DNA from: a virus
Lineage: Duplodnaviria; Caudoviricetes
IMG/VR virus record: IMGVR_UViG_3300038673_000096
Coordinates: 1 to 24,999 of that record
Direction: 5' to 3' (one strand)
Length of the DNA: 24,999 nucleotides
Part shown: piece by piece, positions 7,791-16,963 of the stretch
Position numbering within the stretch: the stretch's first letter is position 1
How the letters are laid out: each line of letters begins with the position of its first letter
The notes under the pieces: generated by a model
Databases searched by the model: none
The model's input: only the letters and a program-made list of their open reading frames with translations
What the model was told of the DNA's origin: nothing
Translations under genes and position numbers: made by a program

Positions 7791-9715
7791 TGGGTCATCC
7801 CTACTTTATCGTTGCCCCTGCCTACGACCATACTTCCGCGGGTATCCGGTGTATCCATTACCTGTGCCACAAACTCAACGAGATAGGGCAGGAGGCGTAT
7901 GTCAGCACGGCAGTTATCAACCCGAAGTGGAACACCCCGACCGCCCGGCGAAAGAACATCAATGACTGTATCGTTGTCTACCCAGAGGTGACACCGGGGA
8001 ATCCCTTCAACGCGAAGAACGTCATCCGGTACGTGATGCAGACCCCCGGCTTGTTGGGGGGTGATAAAGAGTTCCCCGACAGTGAACTGGTGGTCTACCA
8101 TTCCCGGCAACTGTCAGAGACGGGGCCATACCTTACCACTCCGTCTATTGAGTCAGATATTTTCCGTCCATTCCCAAAGTATCGCCGTTCGGGGTCGGTC
8201 TACTATGCTTCGGGGAAATCCAAAAATAAGCCAACACCTGACCAAGTGGAGGGAATGACACAGATTACCCGCGAATGGCCTACTACCCGTGAAGAAATAG
8301 CCGACCTCTTTAAGCGTGCGGAGGTGTTCTACACATGGGACGCAATGACCGCGCTCATTCAGGAGGCTACTTTCTGCGGTTGCCCCGTGGTGATAATGGA
8401 TGCGGGATACTGGACAAAGGAGGACATTAACAAGTGTGAGTACGGCATGGCGGGGGTGGCATGGGGGGTAGAAGAACTCGACCGCGCAAGGAAAACGTGT
8501 CATGAGGCGCTTGCTAACTATGCCAAGTTGGAAAAGCAATTCGAAATAGACCTTAAGGCCCTTGTGAAAATGTCGCAGGAGAGGTTTGTATCGGGCGGCC
8601 CCAAGCACGTTTTCAGGGACAAACTCCGGGTGTCTTGCTTCATGGACAACAAGGACAATGGGAGCAACTATTACCGTGCCGTTCTCCCCTTAACCATTAT
8701 GGCAAAGACCGACCCTGATATAGAGGTTGCGTTTATCAGGAACGGCGACACCGAGAAGGCAGTGTCTAAGGGGTTTGACACGGATATGTTCTTCCTCCCG
8801 CGAATCGCTAACCCTGCAACACTGAAGGCGTTTGAATCGTTATCAATCGCCCCGGTAGCCTGTGACTATGACGACAATATGTTCGCCGTGTCGCCCCTCT
8901 CCCCTCACTACCACGGGCTAGGGACCGAGAACATCTACATCAAAGCCGATAGTGGCGAACTGCTCCCGGTATGGGTAGACGGGAAGAATTTCAGTATCAA
9001 GGAGAACAAGGCGACCCTTGCGAAGATTGCCCAGTGTATCACCGATGCAAAGGCAATATCGGTAACAACGGACCTTCTGGCAGACGCTTACCGGGGATTG
9101 AACGCCAATATCCACGTCTTGCCCAACCTTGTTGACCTCACTCTATGGAACAGACTCCCCCTCGACAACAACGGCACAGTACGCCTCTTCTGGGCGGGAG
9201 GGATAAGCCACTACGAGGATTGGTACATCCTCAAGGACGTTCTTCCCAAGGTGATGCAACGATACCCGCAGACACGGCTTGTCCTCATGGGAGTCAAGTG
9301 GGATGCCACATTGAAGGGGATACCCGAAGACCGGATAGAATTTCACCCGTGGGTTCACTCCGAAGCCTACCCCTATAAAGTAGCGATCCTCAACCCCGAC
9401 ATTTCCCTCATTCCTCTCAGGGATACCGTTTTCAGCAAGGGGAAATCCCCTATCAAGTTCCTTGAAATGGGGGCCTTGAATGTGCCTTCCGTTATGTCCT
9501 GTATCTCTCCCTACAAGGAAGTAATGACCGAGGACAACGGTGTATTCATCGAAGACAACAACCCCGAAGCATGGGAGGAGGGGATAAGCCTTCTGATCGA
9601 AAATGAAACGGTACGGAAAGAGATGGGCATAGCAGCCCGGAAGTACGTTGAGGACAATTTCGATGTCCACAAGGAATATGTGAAGTACGCCAAGTTCTTT
9701 AAGGAGGTTGCGTAA
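7790..9715 (+). CDS. Two-domain glycosyltransferase (N-terminal GT-like domain plus C-terminal GT-B/GT4-like domain)
   Basis: N-domain APAYDHTSAGIRCIHYLCHKLN...VVYPEV..GNP...TALIQEATFCGCPV. C-domain YYRAVLP, DYDDNMF, VLPNLVD, LFWAGGISHYED, IPLRDTVFSKGKSPIKFLEMGALNVPSVMS. Confidence 0.85.
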   Translation: MGHPYFIVAPAYDHTSAGIRCIHYLCHKLNEIGQEAYVSTAVINPKWNTPTARRKNINDCIVVYPEVTPGNPFNAKNVIRYVMQTPGLLGGDKEFPDSELVVYHSRQLSETGPYLTTPSIESDIFRPFPKYRRSGSVYYASGKSKNKPTPDQVEGMTQITREWPTTREEIADLFKRAEVFYTWDAMTALIQEATFCGCPVVIMDAGYWTKEDINKCEYGMAGVAWGVEELDRARKTCHEALANYAKLEKQFEIDLKALVKMSQERFVSGGPKHVFRDKLRVSCFMDNKDNGSNYYRAVLPLTIMAKTDPDIEVAFIRNGDTEKAVSKGFDTDMFFLPRIANPATLKAFESLSIAPVACDYDDNMFAVSPLSPHYHGLGTENIYIKADSGELLPVWVDGKNFSIKENKATLAKIAQCITDAKAISVTTDLLADAYRGLNANIHVLPNLVDLTLWNRLPLDNNGTVRLFWAGGISHYEDWYILKDVLPKVMQRYPQTRLVLMGVKWDATLKGIPEDRIEFHPWVHSEAYPYKVAILNPDISLIPLRDTVFSKGKSPIKFLEMGALNVPSVMSCISPYKEVMTEDNGVFIEDNNPEAWEEGISLLIENETVRKEMGIAARKYVEDNFDVHKEYVKYAKFFKEVA

Positions 9716-10371
9716 TGGCGGCACCGACTGCACCAACATTAACGACAATCACCATGGAAGCACTCAAGAAGTGCGGGTATGCGAACCCGTCATCGGCAAT
9801 GCTGACCCGCGCTCAAGACGAATGGATGGAAGAGGTAAAGACCGATATTGCAATGGTCGAGAAGCGCCTTTCTGTCTTGATGCGAACCTCGACCGCAACG
9901 GCAACCGTATCGGGAACCGGGACGTATGACCTCCCTTCCGACTTCGGGGAGGAAATAGCAATCAGGCTGTCAGGCATAGTGGACCCTTTAACCCTTATCT
10001 CTACCGAAGATTATAACCAGGAGAAAGCGTCCCCTACATCGGGCCAGCCTTCAGAGTACGCCATTGTCGAGAATGACGGGGTGGAACAGATACAGATGTT
10101 TCCTACGCCCGACGCGGCCTATACCTACACCATCGACTACTACGCCGACCTCACCTTACTTGACCTCACCTCGACTATTATGACCGCGCTCTACCGCCGA
10201 TGGAAGAACCTTTTTGTGCAGGGGGTCAAGGCGAAGTGCCTTGAATGGATGAACGATGACCGGGCAAATGCTGAAATTACCTCGTACTGGTCAATGATAA
10301 AAATGGTCATTGGGCGGGAGGCAGCGTACCTCAAAGACCCGCTTCAATGCTCCGTGGGGGACTACACATAA
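9715..10371 (+). CDS. Head-tail adaptor / tail tubular protein A-like
   Basis: Motifs GTGTYDLPSDF, GQPSEYAI and MFPTPDAAYTYTIDYY. Lies before the nozzle gene. Confidence 0.75.
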   Translation: MAAPTAPTLTTITMEALKKCGYANPSSAMLTRAQDEWMEEVKTDIAMVEKRLSVLMRTSTATATVSGTGTYDLPSDFGEEIAIRLSGIVDPLTLISTEDYNQEKASPTSGQPSEYAIVENDGVEQIQMFPTPDAAYTYTIDYYADLTLLDLTSTIMTALYRRWKNLFVQGVKAKCLEWMNDDRANAEITSYWSMIKMVIGREAAYLKDPLQCSVGDYT

Positions 10372-11918
10372 TGGGCTGGCCTTATCAGACCTATCAGATA
10401 CCGTGCGAGAAGGGCGGACTAAACGGGAGCAAGAACTTTGATGCCCAGCCACCTGAGGCGATGTTGTGGCCTACACGGAACATCAATCTCAACCAGGGGG
10501 GGAGATCACCGAGAGGGGGAACCGTCCATGTCGACACCGCCGCCACATCAGGGGTAACGGAAGGACGGGGCCTCTATGACTTCACAAAGGAGTCGGGGAC
10601 ACAATCTATCATCCGCGCGTGGTCTTCGGGACAGGTCTTCTCCGATGATAAAACCGAGATAGCCTCCGGTATGTCAAAAACCAATTATTTCCATTTCGCG
10701 GGCGGGAATGATGTCCTCTACATCGCTGATGGGACAAACATTCCCCGGACATGGACGGGAACGGGTGATGCTGTCACTGTGTCAGCTTCAGCCTCTAGTT
10801 GGACAACCAATGCACCTATGCAGATGATTGTCCACGGCAGGGGCGCATCAGAAAGAATGTGGGCGATCTGCAAGGACGGGGTATACGCCAGTTCAGGCAC
10901 CGATATGCTTGATTTCAGTGATGCGAACTCCATTTTTATAGGAGTAGACACAGGGGACGGTTTCGGTCTCGTGGGGGGAATCGAATACGGGGACCAGTTA
11001 TTTGTCTTCGGGAAGAACAAGTTTTTTGCCATAGACGATTCTTCCACCACAACCTCAGAGTGGGGATACAAAAAAGCGGCATGGGAGGGAGGGGCAGCAC
11101 ATTGGAGGGTAGTCACCCGTTACCCAAAGGGGCTTGTCGCAATGGCGGAGGACGGGGAAATATACCTTGTCACATCGGTTGCAGACTACGGGGACTATAA
11201 AAGTGCTTCCCTTATCCGTCCAGCCTACATTGACGAATGGATAAGGACTTATGCCGACCTGTCCAATATTGACGATTTTCATGCGGTTCATTCGCCTGAT
11301 ATACGGGCGGTCAAATTCTTTGTCAGACGGCAAGGCTTTCCAGTGGTAACAACCGCCCTTGTTTACTTCTACGACCGCGATCCGTCCGAGGCGTGGGCTA
11401 TCCACGATGGATCGACAGCAGGGTCAGGGTATAACGCATCGACCTCCGCCTTAGTCCGCAAGTCTACGGGTACATGGAAGGTCTACACGCAGGACTATGA
11501 CGCCATGGTGTGGGAATTGGAAAGCTCTACGAAGGCGGATAACGGGGTCGGATACTATAAGGGATTCACGACCAGTTATAACGCCTGTGACAATAGCAGA
11601 CAATCAAAGTTATTCAGGCGGGGATGGTTGACCTTTATCCCTAAGGGGAACTATGCCCTCAATGTCCGCCCGATAGTGGACGGAGCGCCTCTCGACACGC
11701 AAGAGGTCTCGATGGGCAGCAGTTCCAGTGTCCTCGGATCATTCATGCTCGGTACGGACAGGCTAGGGAGAGAATCGTTATCAGAGGCGCCATTTGACAT
11801 AGGCGACATAGGGGAGCGGGTTCAATATGAGATATGGGATGCCGTAGCGGGGCAGGACTTTTTCATTTCGACAATTAAGACCGATTTCAAGGTACTTAGT
11901 GCGAGAAACGTAGATTAG
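10371..11918 (+). CDS. Tail nozzle / tubular protein B (P22 gp10-like beta-propeller)
   Basis: About 515 aa, rich in beta-strand/propeller-like segments. Likely start ATG 10371 by TAATG coupling (track start 10347). Podovirus gene order. Confidence 0.7.
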   Translation: MGWPYQTYQIPCEKGGLNGSKNFDAQPPEAMLWPTRNINLNQGGRSPRGGTVHVDTAATSGVTEGRGLYDFTKESGTQSIIRAWSSGQVFSDDKTEIASGMSKTNYFHFAGGNDVLYIADGTNIPRTWTGTGDAVTVSASASSWTTNAPMQMIVHGRGASERMWAICKDGVYASSGTDMLDFSDANSIFIGVDTGDGFGLVGGIEYGDQLFVFGKNKFFAIDDSSTTTSEWGYKKAAWEGGAAHWRVVTRYPKGLVAMAEDGEIYLVTSVADYGDYKSASLIRPAYIDEWIRTYADLSNIDDFHAVHSPDIRAVKFFVRRQGFPVVTTALVYFYDRDPSEAWAIHDGSTAGSGYNASTSALVRKSTGTWKVYTQDYDAMVWELESSTKADNGVGYYKGFTTSYNACDNSRQSKLFRRGWLTFIPKGNYALNVRPIVDGAPLDTQEVSMGSSSSVLGSFMLGTDRLGRESLSEAPFDIGDIGERVQYEIWDAVAGQDFFISTIKTDFKVLSARNVD

Positions 11919-12886
11919 GGGGGGATAAATGGGAGCAACCTTTTCACGAACAAAAATATGGATTGACGAAATCCTGACTATCAACGATCTGAACGCAGAA
12001 TTTGACGGGATACTTTCGAACCTGACGCCCGCAGGGGTAGACGATGAATCAGCCAACGCAACGGCGATGCAGGCCACGGCAGACCCTTATCCGGAGGCGG
12101 AGGTCTCTCTTGCCACATCCCTACAGGGGGAGATTCAGCGGCTCCGGTACATGATTAAACAGATCACCGGGAAAACTTACTGGTATCAGGACCCTGACGC
12201 TACTCTTGCCACCCTTGCCGTAAGGGATAAGCACCGGGGGCTTGTTATCAAACGCAACTCAATGACACCCGCCTCGCAGATCGACATTAACGCAGACGAA
12301 ATTATTCTTGAAAACGCAAGCGGTGTCCCTATGCGGGTAACATCCCTCGCCGTGACCGGGGATATTACTGTCTCAGGGGCAAACGGCCTCGACACCGGGG
12401 TAGAGGAGAACGTGTGGTATTACCTGTGGGTTATCCACAATGGGACAGACCCCGCAGCCCTTATCTCGGCATCTGCCACGGCTCCTACTTTGCCGAGCGG
12501 GTATACCCATAAGGCCCTTGTTGGTATGGCACACAACACGGACGGGGATTTTGTCGATTTTGTCCAGGTGGGTAATACCTATAAATACGTTGCGCCCGTA
12601 ACCGTGTTAGCCAGCGGCGCGGCAACATCGCTTACCACGATGGGCGATTTAACCGCGTATCTTCCGGCTGTCAAGATGGAGGAGGTATTCGGGAACTACC
12701 TGATAAATGGAGGGCCGCTGGTAGCGGCAATCAGCGCAGACGCGACCAACAACCAGACGCTATTTTCCGAGGTGGCGGTGGGGCATCAAGGTTCATGGAC
12801 GTTAAGAGCATTGGAGAATCAGACTCTTTACTATGCGGTATCGGCTAATTCCATAGATGTGAGGGTGTGTGGATGGAGGCTACCGT
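11906..12886 (+). repeat. Direct repeat copy 1 (981 bp)
   Basis: Matches 12939..13919 at offset 1033; no mismatch seen by eye. Confidence 0.95.
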
Positions 12887-12927
12887 CGGAGTATCGGCAG
12901 GTCGTTTGTAGGCCGGGCCTGATGTGA
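11929..12927 (+). CDS. Tail fibre / short tail appendage protein, copy 1 (13-aa C-terminal extension)
   Basis: N-terminal anchor-like MGATFSRTKIW..EILTINDLNAEFDGIL, then GANGLDTG..WYYLWVI and SATAPTLPSGYTHKALVG. The native stop is lost and the ORF runs into the spacer (SEYRQVVCRPGLM). Confidence 0.75.
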   Translation: MGATFSRTKIWIDEILTINDLNAEFDGILSNLTPAGVDDESANATAMQATADPYPEAEVSLATSLQGEIQRLRYMIKQITGKTYWYQDPDATLATLAVRDKHRGLVIKRNSMTPASQIDINADEIILENASGVPMRVTSLAVTGDITVSGANGLDTGVEENVWYYLWVIHNGTDPAALISASATAPTLPSGYTHKALVGMAHNTDGDFVDFVQVGNTYKYVAPVTVLASGAATSLTTMGDLTAYLPAVKMEEVFGNYLINGGPLVAAISADATNNQTLFSEVAVGHQGSWTLRALENQTLYYAVSANSIDVRVCGWRLPSEYRQVVCRPGLM

Positions 12928-12938
12928 TGCACCTATGC

Positions 12939-13919
12939 AAACGTAGATTAGGGGGGGATAAATGGGAGCAACCTTTTCACGAACAAAAATATGGATTGAC
13001 GAAATCCTGACTATCAACGATCTGAACGCAGAATTTGACGGGATACTTTCGAACCTGACGCCCGCAGGGGTAGACGATGAATCAGCCAACGCAACGGCGA
13101 TGCAGGCCACGGCAGACCCTTATCCGGAGGCGGAGGTCTCTCTTGCCACATCCCTACAGGGGGAGATTCAGCGGCTCCGGTACATGATTAAACAGATCAC
13201 CGGGAAAACTTACTGGTATCAGGACCCTGACGCTACTCTTGCCACCCTTGCCGTAAGGGATAAGCACCGGGGGCTTGTTATCAAACGCAACTCAATGACA
13301 CCCGCCTCGCAGATCGACATTAACGCAGACGAAATTATTCTTGAAAACGCAAGCGGTGTCCCTATGCGGGTAACATCCCTCGCCGTGACCGGGGATATTA
13401 CTGTCTCAGGGGCAAACGGCCTCGACACCGGGGTAGAGGAGAACGTGTGGTATTACCTGTGGGTTATCCACAATGGGACAGACCCCGCAGCCCTTATCTC
13501 GGCATCTGCCACGGCTCCTACTTTGCCGAGCGGGTATACCCATAAGGCCCTTGTTGGTATGGCACACAACACGGACGGGGATTTTGTCGATTTTGTCCAG
13601 GTGGGTAATACCTATAAATACGTTGCGCCCGTAACCGTGTTAGCCAGCGGCGCGGCAACATCGCTTACCACGATGGGCGATTTAACCGCGTATCTTCCGG
13701 CTGTCAAGATGGAGGAGGTATTCGGGAACTACCTGATAAATGGAGGGCCGCTGGTAGCGGCAATCAGCGCAGACGCGACCAACAACCAGACGCTATTTTC
13801 CGAGGTGGCGGTGGGGCATCAAGGTTCATGGACGTTAAGAGCATTGGAGAATCAGACTCTTTACTATGCGGTATCGGCTAATTCCATAGATGTGAGGGTG
13901 TGTGGATGGAGGCTACCGT
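12939..13919 (+). repeat. Direct repeat copy 2 (981 bp)
   Basis: Matches 11906..12886, separated from it by a 52-bp unique spacer (12887-12938). Confidence 0.95.
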
Positions 13920-13921
13920 AA
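12962..13921 (+). CDS. Tail fibre / short tail appendage protein, copy 2 (native stop)
   Basis: Same 319 aa as copy 1. Ends in TAA coupled (TAATG) to the next gene. Confidence 0.8.
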   Translation: MGATFSRTKIWIDEILTINDLNAEFDGILSNLTPAGVDDESANATAMQATADPYPEAEVSLATSLQGEIQRLRYMIKQITGKTYWYQDPDATLATLAVRDKHRGLVIKRNSMTPASQIDINADEIILENASGVPMRVTSLAVTGDITVSGANGLDTGVEENVWYYLWVIHNGTDPAALISASATAPTLPSGYTHKALVGMAHNTDGDFVDFVQVGNTYKYVAPVTVLASGAATSLTTMGDLTAYLPAVKMEEVFGNYLINGGPLVAAISADATNNQTLFSEVAVGHQGSWTLRALENQTLYYAVSANSIDVRVCGWRLP

Positions 13922-14169
13922 TGACACAGGATACCTACGATCAAGCGTCAAAATGCTTGGCGAACATCAAGAAGTATGACAAGAGGATAGGAGACCTGAA
14001 CGCGATCAAGAGTATGCTGATCGCTGACCCTAGTTCCCTCCATGTGTACGTTTCCAACTCTCTCAGCGTCCCGGTGCCGAAGGGTATCGCGGTTGATGTC
14101 GTGGACACCGTTCTCAAGCGGTATACCAACCTGAAAAACAACGCTCAAGCGGATTTCGATAGCCTATGA
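13921..14169 (+). CDS. Hypothetical protein
   Basis: Start ATG 13921 by TAATG coupling; ATGA coupling to the next gene; helical. Confidence 0.65.
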   Translation: MTQDTYDQASKCLANIKKYDKRIGDLNAIKSMLIADPSSLHVYVSNSLSVPVPKGIAVDVVDTVLKRYTNLKNNAQADFDSL

Positions 14170-14558
14170 CAAAGGTATGGTTGGCGCGACAGAAAGACAG
14201 CCCGGTTATCGCCTCTATGCTTGCCAGTGAAGGGATACCACCCGACAGAATGCAACACGAGGCGTTCCCTACCTTTGTGGCAATGGAAGACGACCGCATT
14301 GTCGGTTTTTTCACGTTGAGGATAGAACACAACTTCCCTTCCCTTCAGCACTTCTGTGTTATCCCTGACCGGAGGGACGGGAGGGTAAGCAGGGCAATGA
14401 TGAGGGCCATTAAGACATTGATTGGCCCGTCTAAGCTGATTGTCCACGTGGTACAGGGGAAGGAATGGATGAAACGGCTTGTTGAGGGGTACTTTGGGGT
14501 TAAGCCGTATGGGGAATTGAACGGTAAATACTGGTATCTTGTGGAGGTAAAACGATGA
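14166..14558 (+). CDS. GNAT-like acetyltransferase-fold protein
   Basis: TFVAMEDDRIVGFF..LQHFCVIPDRRDGRVSRAMM resembles GNAT motif A. Placed before the ejection genes, as in many podoviruses. Confidence 0.65.
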   Translation: MTKVWLARQKDSPVIASMLASEGIPPDRMQHEAFPTFVAMEDDRIVGFFTLRIEHNFPSLQHFCVIPDRRDGRVSRAMMRAIKTLIGPSKLIVHVVQGKEWMKRLVEGYFGVKPYGELNGKYWYLVEVKR

Positions 14559-15529
14559 GGATTTATGACTGTGTTGTGATTGACATGAAGACCGGGGAGA
14601 CAGTCTACGAGGAGTCCTATGAATATGACGGACCTCTGATGCTGTGCGGGGGGGGAGGAACCAATATAGAAGCAGCGACCCCAAGCCCAACGGAAGAAAG
14701 ACTAAACCAGATGACCATTAGCAACCTTGAGCAGCAGCGGGCGTATCAGGCTGCAATGGAACCGTACTGGCTCCAGTCGATGCAGATGAAAAAAGTTTAT
14801 CCCACGGCATCACCCGAAGATATGGCGAGGGTGGCGCAACTCGAGCAGGAGATAGCGGCCTATGACGCTTCGCCTACGGGTTATCGAGTGGCAAATCAGG
14901 CGGCACAGCGGGCCCGTCTTGCCGAAAAAGCGGCCCTCGACAAGAAATATACCCCTACCTATGAGATGATGCCTGAGGATGAATACTATGCCGGACTCAC
15001 CGACCTTGAGAAACAATCTTACGACATTTCCAAACTCCAGGGGGAACGGCAAATAAAGGCCCTCAAGGGGGAATTGGACGTTGACCCCGCTCTTGAGCAG
15101 AACATAGCGGACGAGTACAAACAGTTACAGGAGACAATGAGGCAACGTCTCGGTACGGGATGGGAGACTTCTACGCCCGGTATTCAGGCCCTTGACGAGT
15201 TTAACAAACGCGCCCAGTTGTTACGGTCTGAGCAGAGGAAGGGAGAAATGACCACAGGGGCGGCGGCTTACCTCAACACAATGGGCTACCTCGACGCGGC
15301 GGGGAACAACAAGATACAGTCATATTCCAACTATGCCAACTCCCCTCTAGCGGCCAATGGTGCGATTTCTCAGGCATACCAACCGTACCAGTTCTACGCA
15401 GGGTTAAACCAGCAGGCGAATATGGCAAATGCTCAGAATAGCGCACAACGAAATTCTGCCCTTATGGGCGCTATCGGAAGTGCTGTCGGCCTAGGTGGTG
15501 GACTTGCGGCAGGAAAGTTTATAAAGTAG
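14555..15529 (+). CDS. Internal virion / ejection protein 1 (P22 gp7-like position)
   Basis: Leader MRIYDCVVIDMKTGE..YEYDGPLMLCGGGG, Q/A/N-rich helical body, glycine-rich hydrophobic C-terminus. Confidence 0.65.
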   Translation: MRIYDCVVIDMKTGETVYEESYEYDGPLMLCGGGGTNIEAATPSPTEERLNQMTISNLEQQRAYQAAMEPYWLQSMQMKKVYPTASPEDMARVAQLEQEIAAYDASPTGYRVANQAAQRARLAEKAALDKKYTPTYEMMPEDEYYAGLTDLEKQSYDISKLQGERQIKALKGELDVDPALEQNIADEYKQLQETMRQRLGTGWETSTPGIQALDEFNKRAQLLRSEQRKGEMTTGAAAYLNTMGYLDAAGNNKIQSYSNYANSPLAANGAISQAYQPYQFYAGLNQQANMANAQNSAQRNSALMGAIGSAVGLGGGLAAGKFIK

Positions 15530-15541
15530 AGGGGGGGGGAT

Positions 15542-16963
15542 ATGGCAGATTGGGGCGCATTCGCACAAGGGTTAGTAGGTAATTTTGGAAGCGGCATGAG
15601 GATGGGCCTTATGGCTCAACGTGCCAAGATGGAAGAACAGCAGGCACAAGTGGCGGCGCAAAAAGAAGAGCGGCAAATGAAGATGCTGGAAGAACAGCAG
15701 GCCATGAGCCGGAGCAAGTACGTTCTCGATGTTTTTAGCAACAAGAATATCCCAAAGTCGGTAAAGGCGAAGATGTACCCGGTATTCAATCAGGCAATCA
15801 AGACACTATACCCTGATATGGAAATTGACATCGGGCAACTGGACCTTGACAACCCTGTTGTTCAGGGGAGGATTGCACAGGCACGGAATATTTTTAATGA
15901 TAAGAAACTTGACGCACAGACAAGACGCGACTCCATCCTTGCCCTTCAAGGCGAGGACATGACCGACGATGAGATTAGGGTCTTGGGGGAATGGAAATCT
16001 GCGCTTGAGAACGACATTAAACGACAAACAACACCTAAACCGACCAATATGCCCCCGTGGTATGACACCATGATACGGGAACGGTACGGATCAAAGGCAG
16101 ATGACCAGGGAACGCGACGAGAGTTTGACGATTGGCTTACGACTCCAGAGGGGCAGCAAGCGTCATCTGCTTATCGAAAAAAATATGCGGGAGAAACAGC
16201 AGCCCCCATTTATCCCGTAGTCCAAACAGGGACAGGGTTCAGTCAGGTCAATTTGAGGAACCCCGGTCAGCCATCAACACCCGTAGCAGGGCCGAAAGGC
16301 GATACTCTTGGCAAGCCATTAGCTACTGGTCAAATACAGGAACTTGCCGACCTTAAACGTACACACGATCAGTTAAAGGAAGTGGGGTTGAAGATTTCAG
16401 ATAAGAAATTTAAGTCAGGGCCATTGGAAGGACGTTGGCAGAAACTAAAGATAAAATTTATGGCTGTTGGTCCAACGCAGGAAGTTGTCAATGAATTGGA
16501 ATCGCTTATCACTATTGCTTATGGCCTTTCCGGTAAGCAAATGTCCTATCAGGAAATGCAAATATTGAAAACTGCTATGCTCCCAAAGTTGGAGCAACCA
16601 AAAGAAAACTTGTCTGCAACTGTGAAATGGGTGCAAAAGTGGTTGGAGAGTACGCATAACGACAGGCTCCAATACTACAAGGATAGTGGGTATAGAACTG
16701 ACATAAAACCATTAGGTGCTTCATCCCTGCCTTATGCCCGTGTCACTGGCCCGAAAGGGCAAATAGCAGTGATAGATAATAAGGCTACATTTGACGAGTT
16801 AAAGAAAAATGGGAAGTTGCCCAAGGGTAAATTGGAAATCCTTGGCGGGGGGAGCAGTGCAACACCTAAAACAGCCCCCAAAACAGGCGAAGTCCGTAAC
16901 GGTTACCGTTTTAAGGGGGGCAATCCAGCAGATAAGAACAATTGGATAAAGGTGGCGAAATGA
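15542..16963 (+). CDS. Internal virion / ejection protein 2
   Basis: Amphipathic Gly-rich N-terminus MADWGAFAQGLVGNFGSG, coiled coil, and C-terminal GEVRNGYRFKGGNPADKNNW. Confidence 0.65.
   Translation: MADWGAFAQGLVGNFGSGMRMGLMAQRAKMEEQQAQVAAQKEERQMKMLEEQQAMSRSKYVLDVFSNKNIPKSVKAKMYPVFNQAIKTLYPDMEIDIGQLDLDNPVVQGRIAQARNIFNDKKLDAQTRRDSILALQGEDMTDDEIRVLGEWKSALENDIKRQTTPKPTNMPPWYDTMIRERYGSKADDQGTRREFDDWLTTPEGQQASSAYRKKYAGETAAPIYPVVQTGTGFSQVNLRNPGQPSTPVAGPKGDTLGKPLATGQIQELADLKRTHDQLKEVGLKISDKKFKSGPLEGRWQKLKIKFMAVGPTQEVVNELESLITIAYGLSGKQMSYQEMQILKTAMLPKLEQPKENLSATVKWVQKWLESTHNDRLQYYKDSGYRTDIKPLGASSLPYARVTGPKGQIAVIDNKATFDELKKNGKLPKGKLEILGGGSSATPKTAPKTGEVRNGYRFKGGNPADKNNWIKVAK

Noticed and set aside
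11906-13919. Diversity-generating retroelement TR/VR pair or invertible tail-fibre cassette
   Set aside because: The repeat is a whole-gene direct copy without adenine-specific mismatches, and no reverse transcriptase or invertase is in the window.
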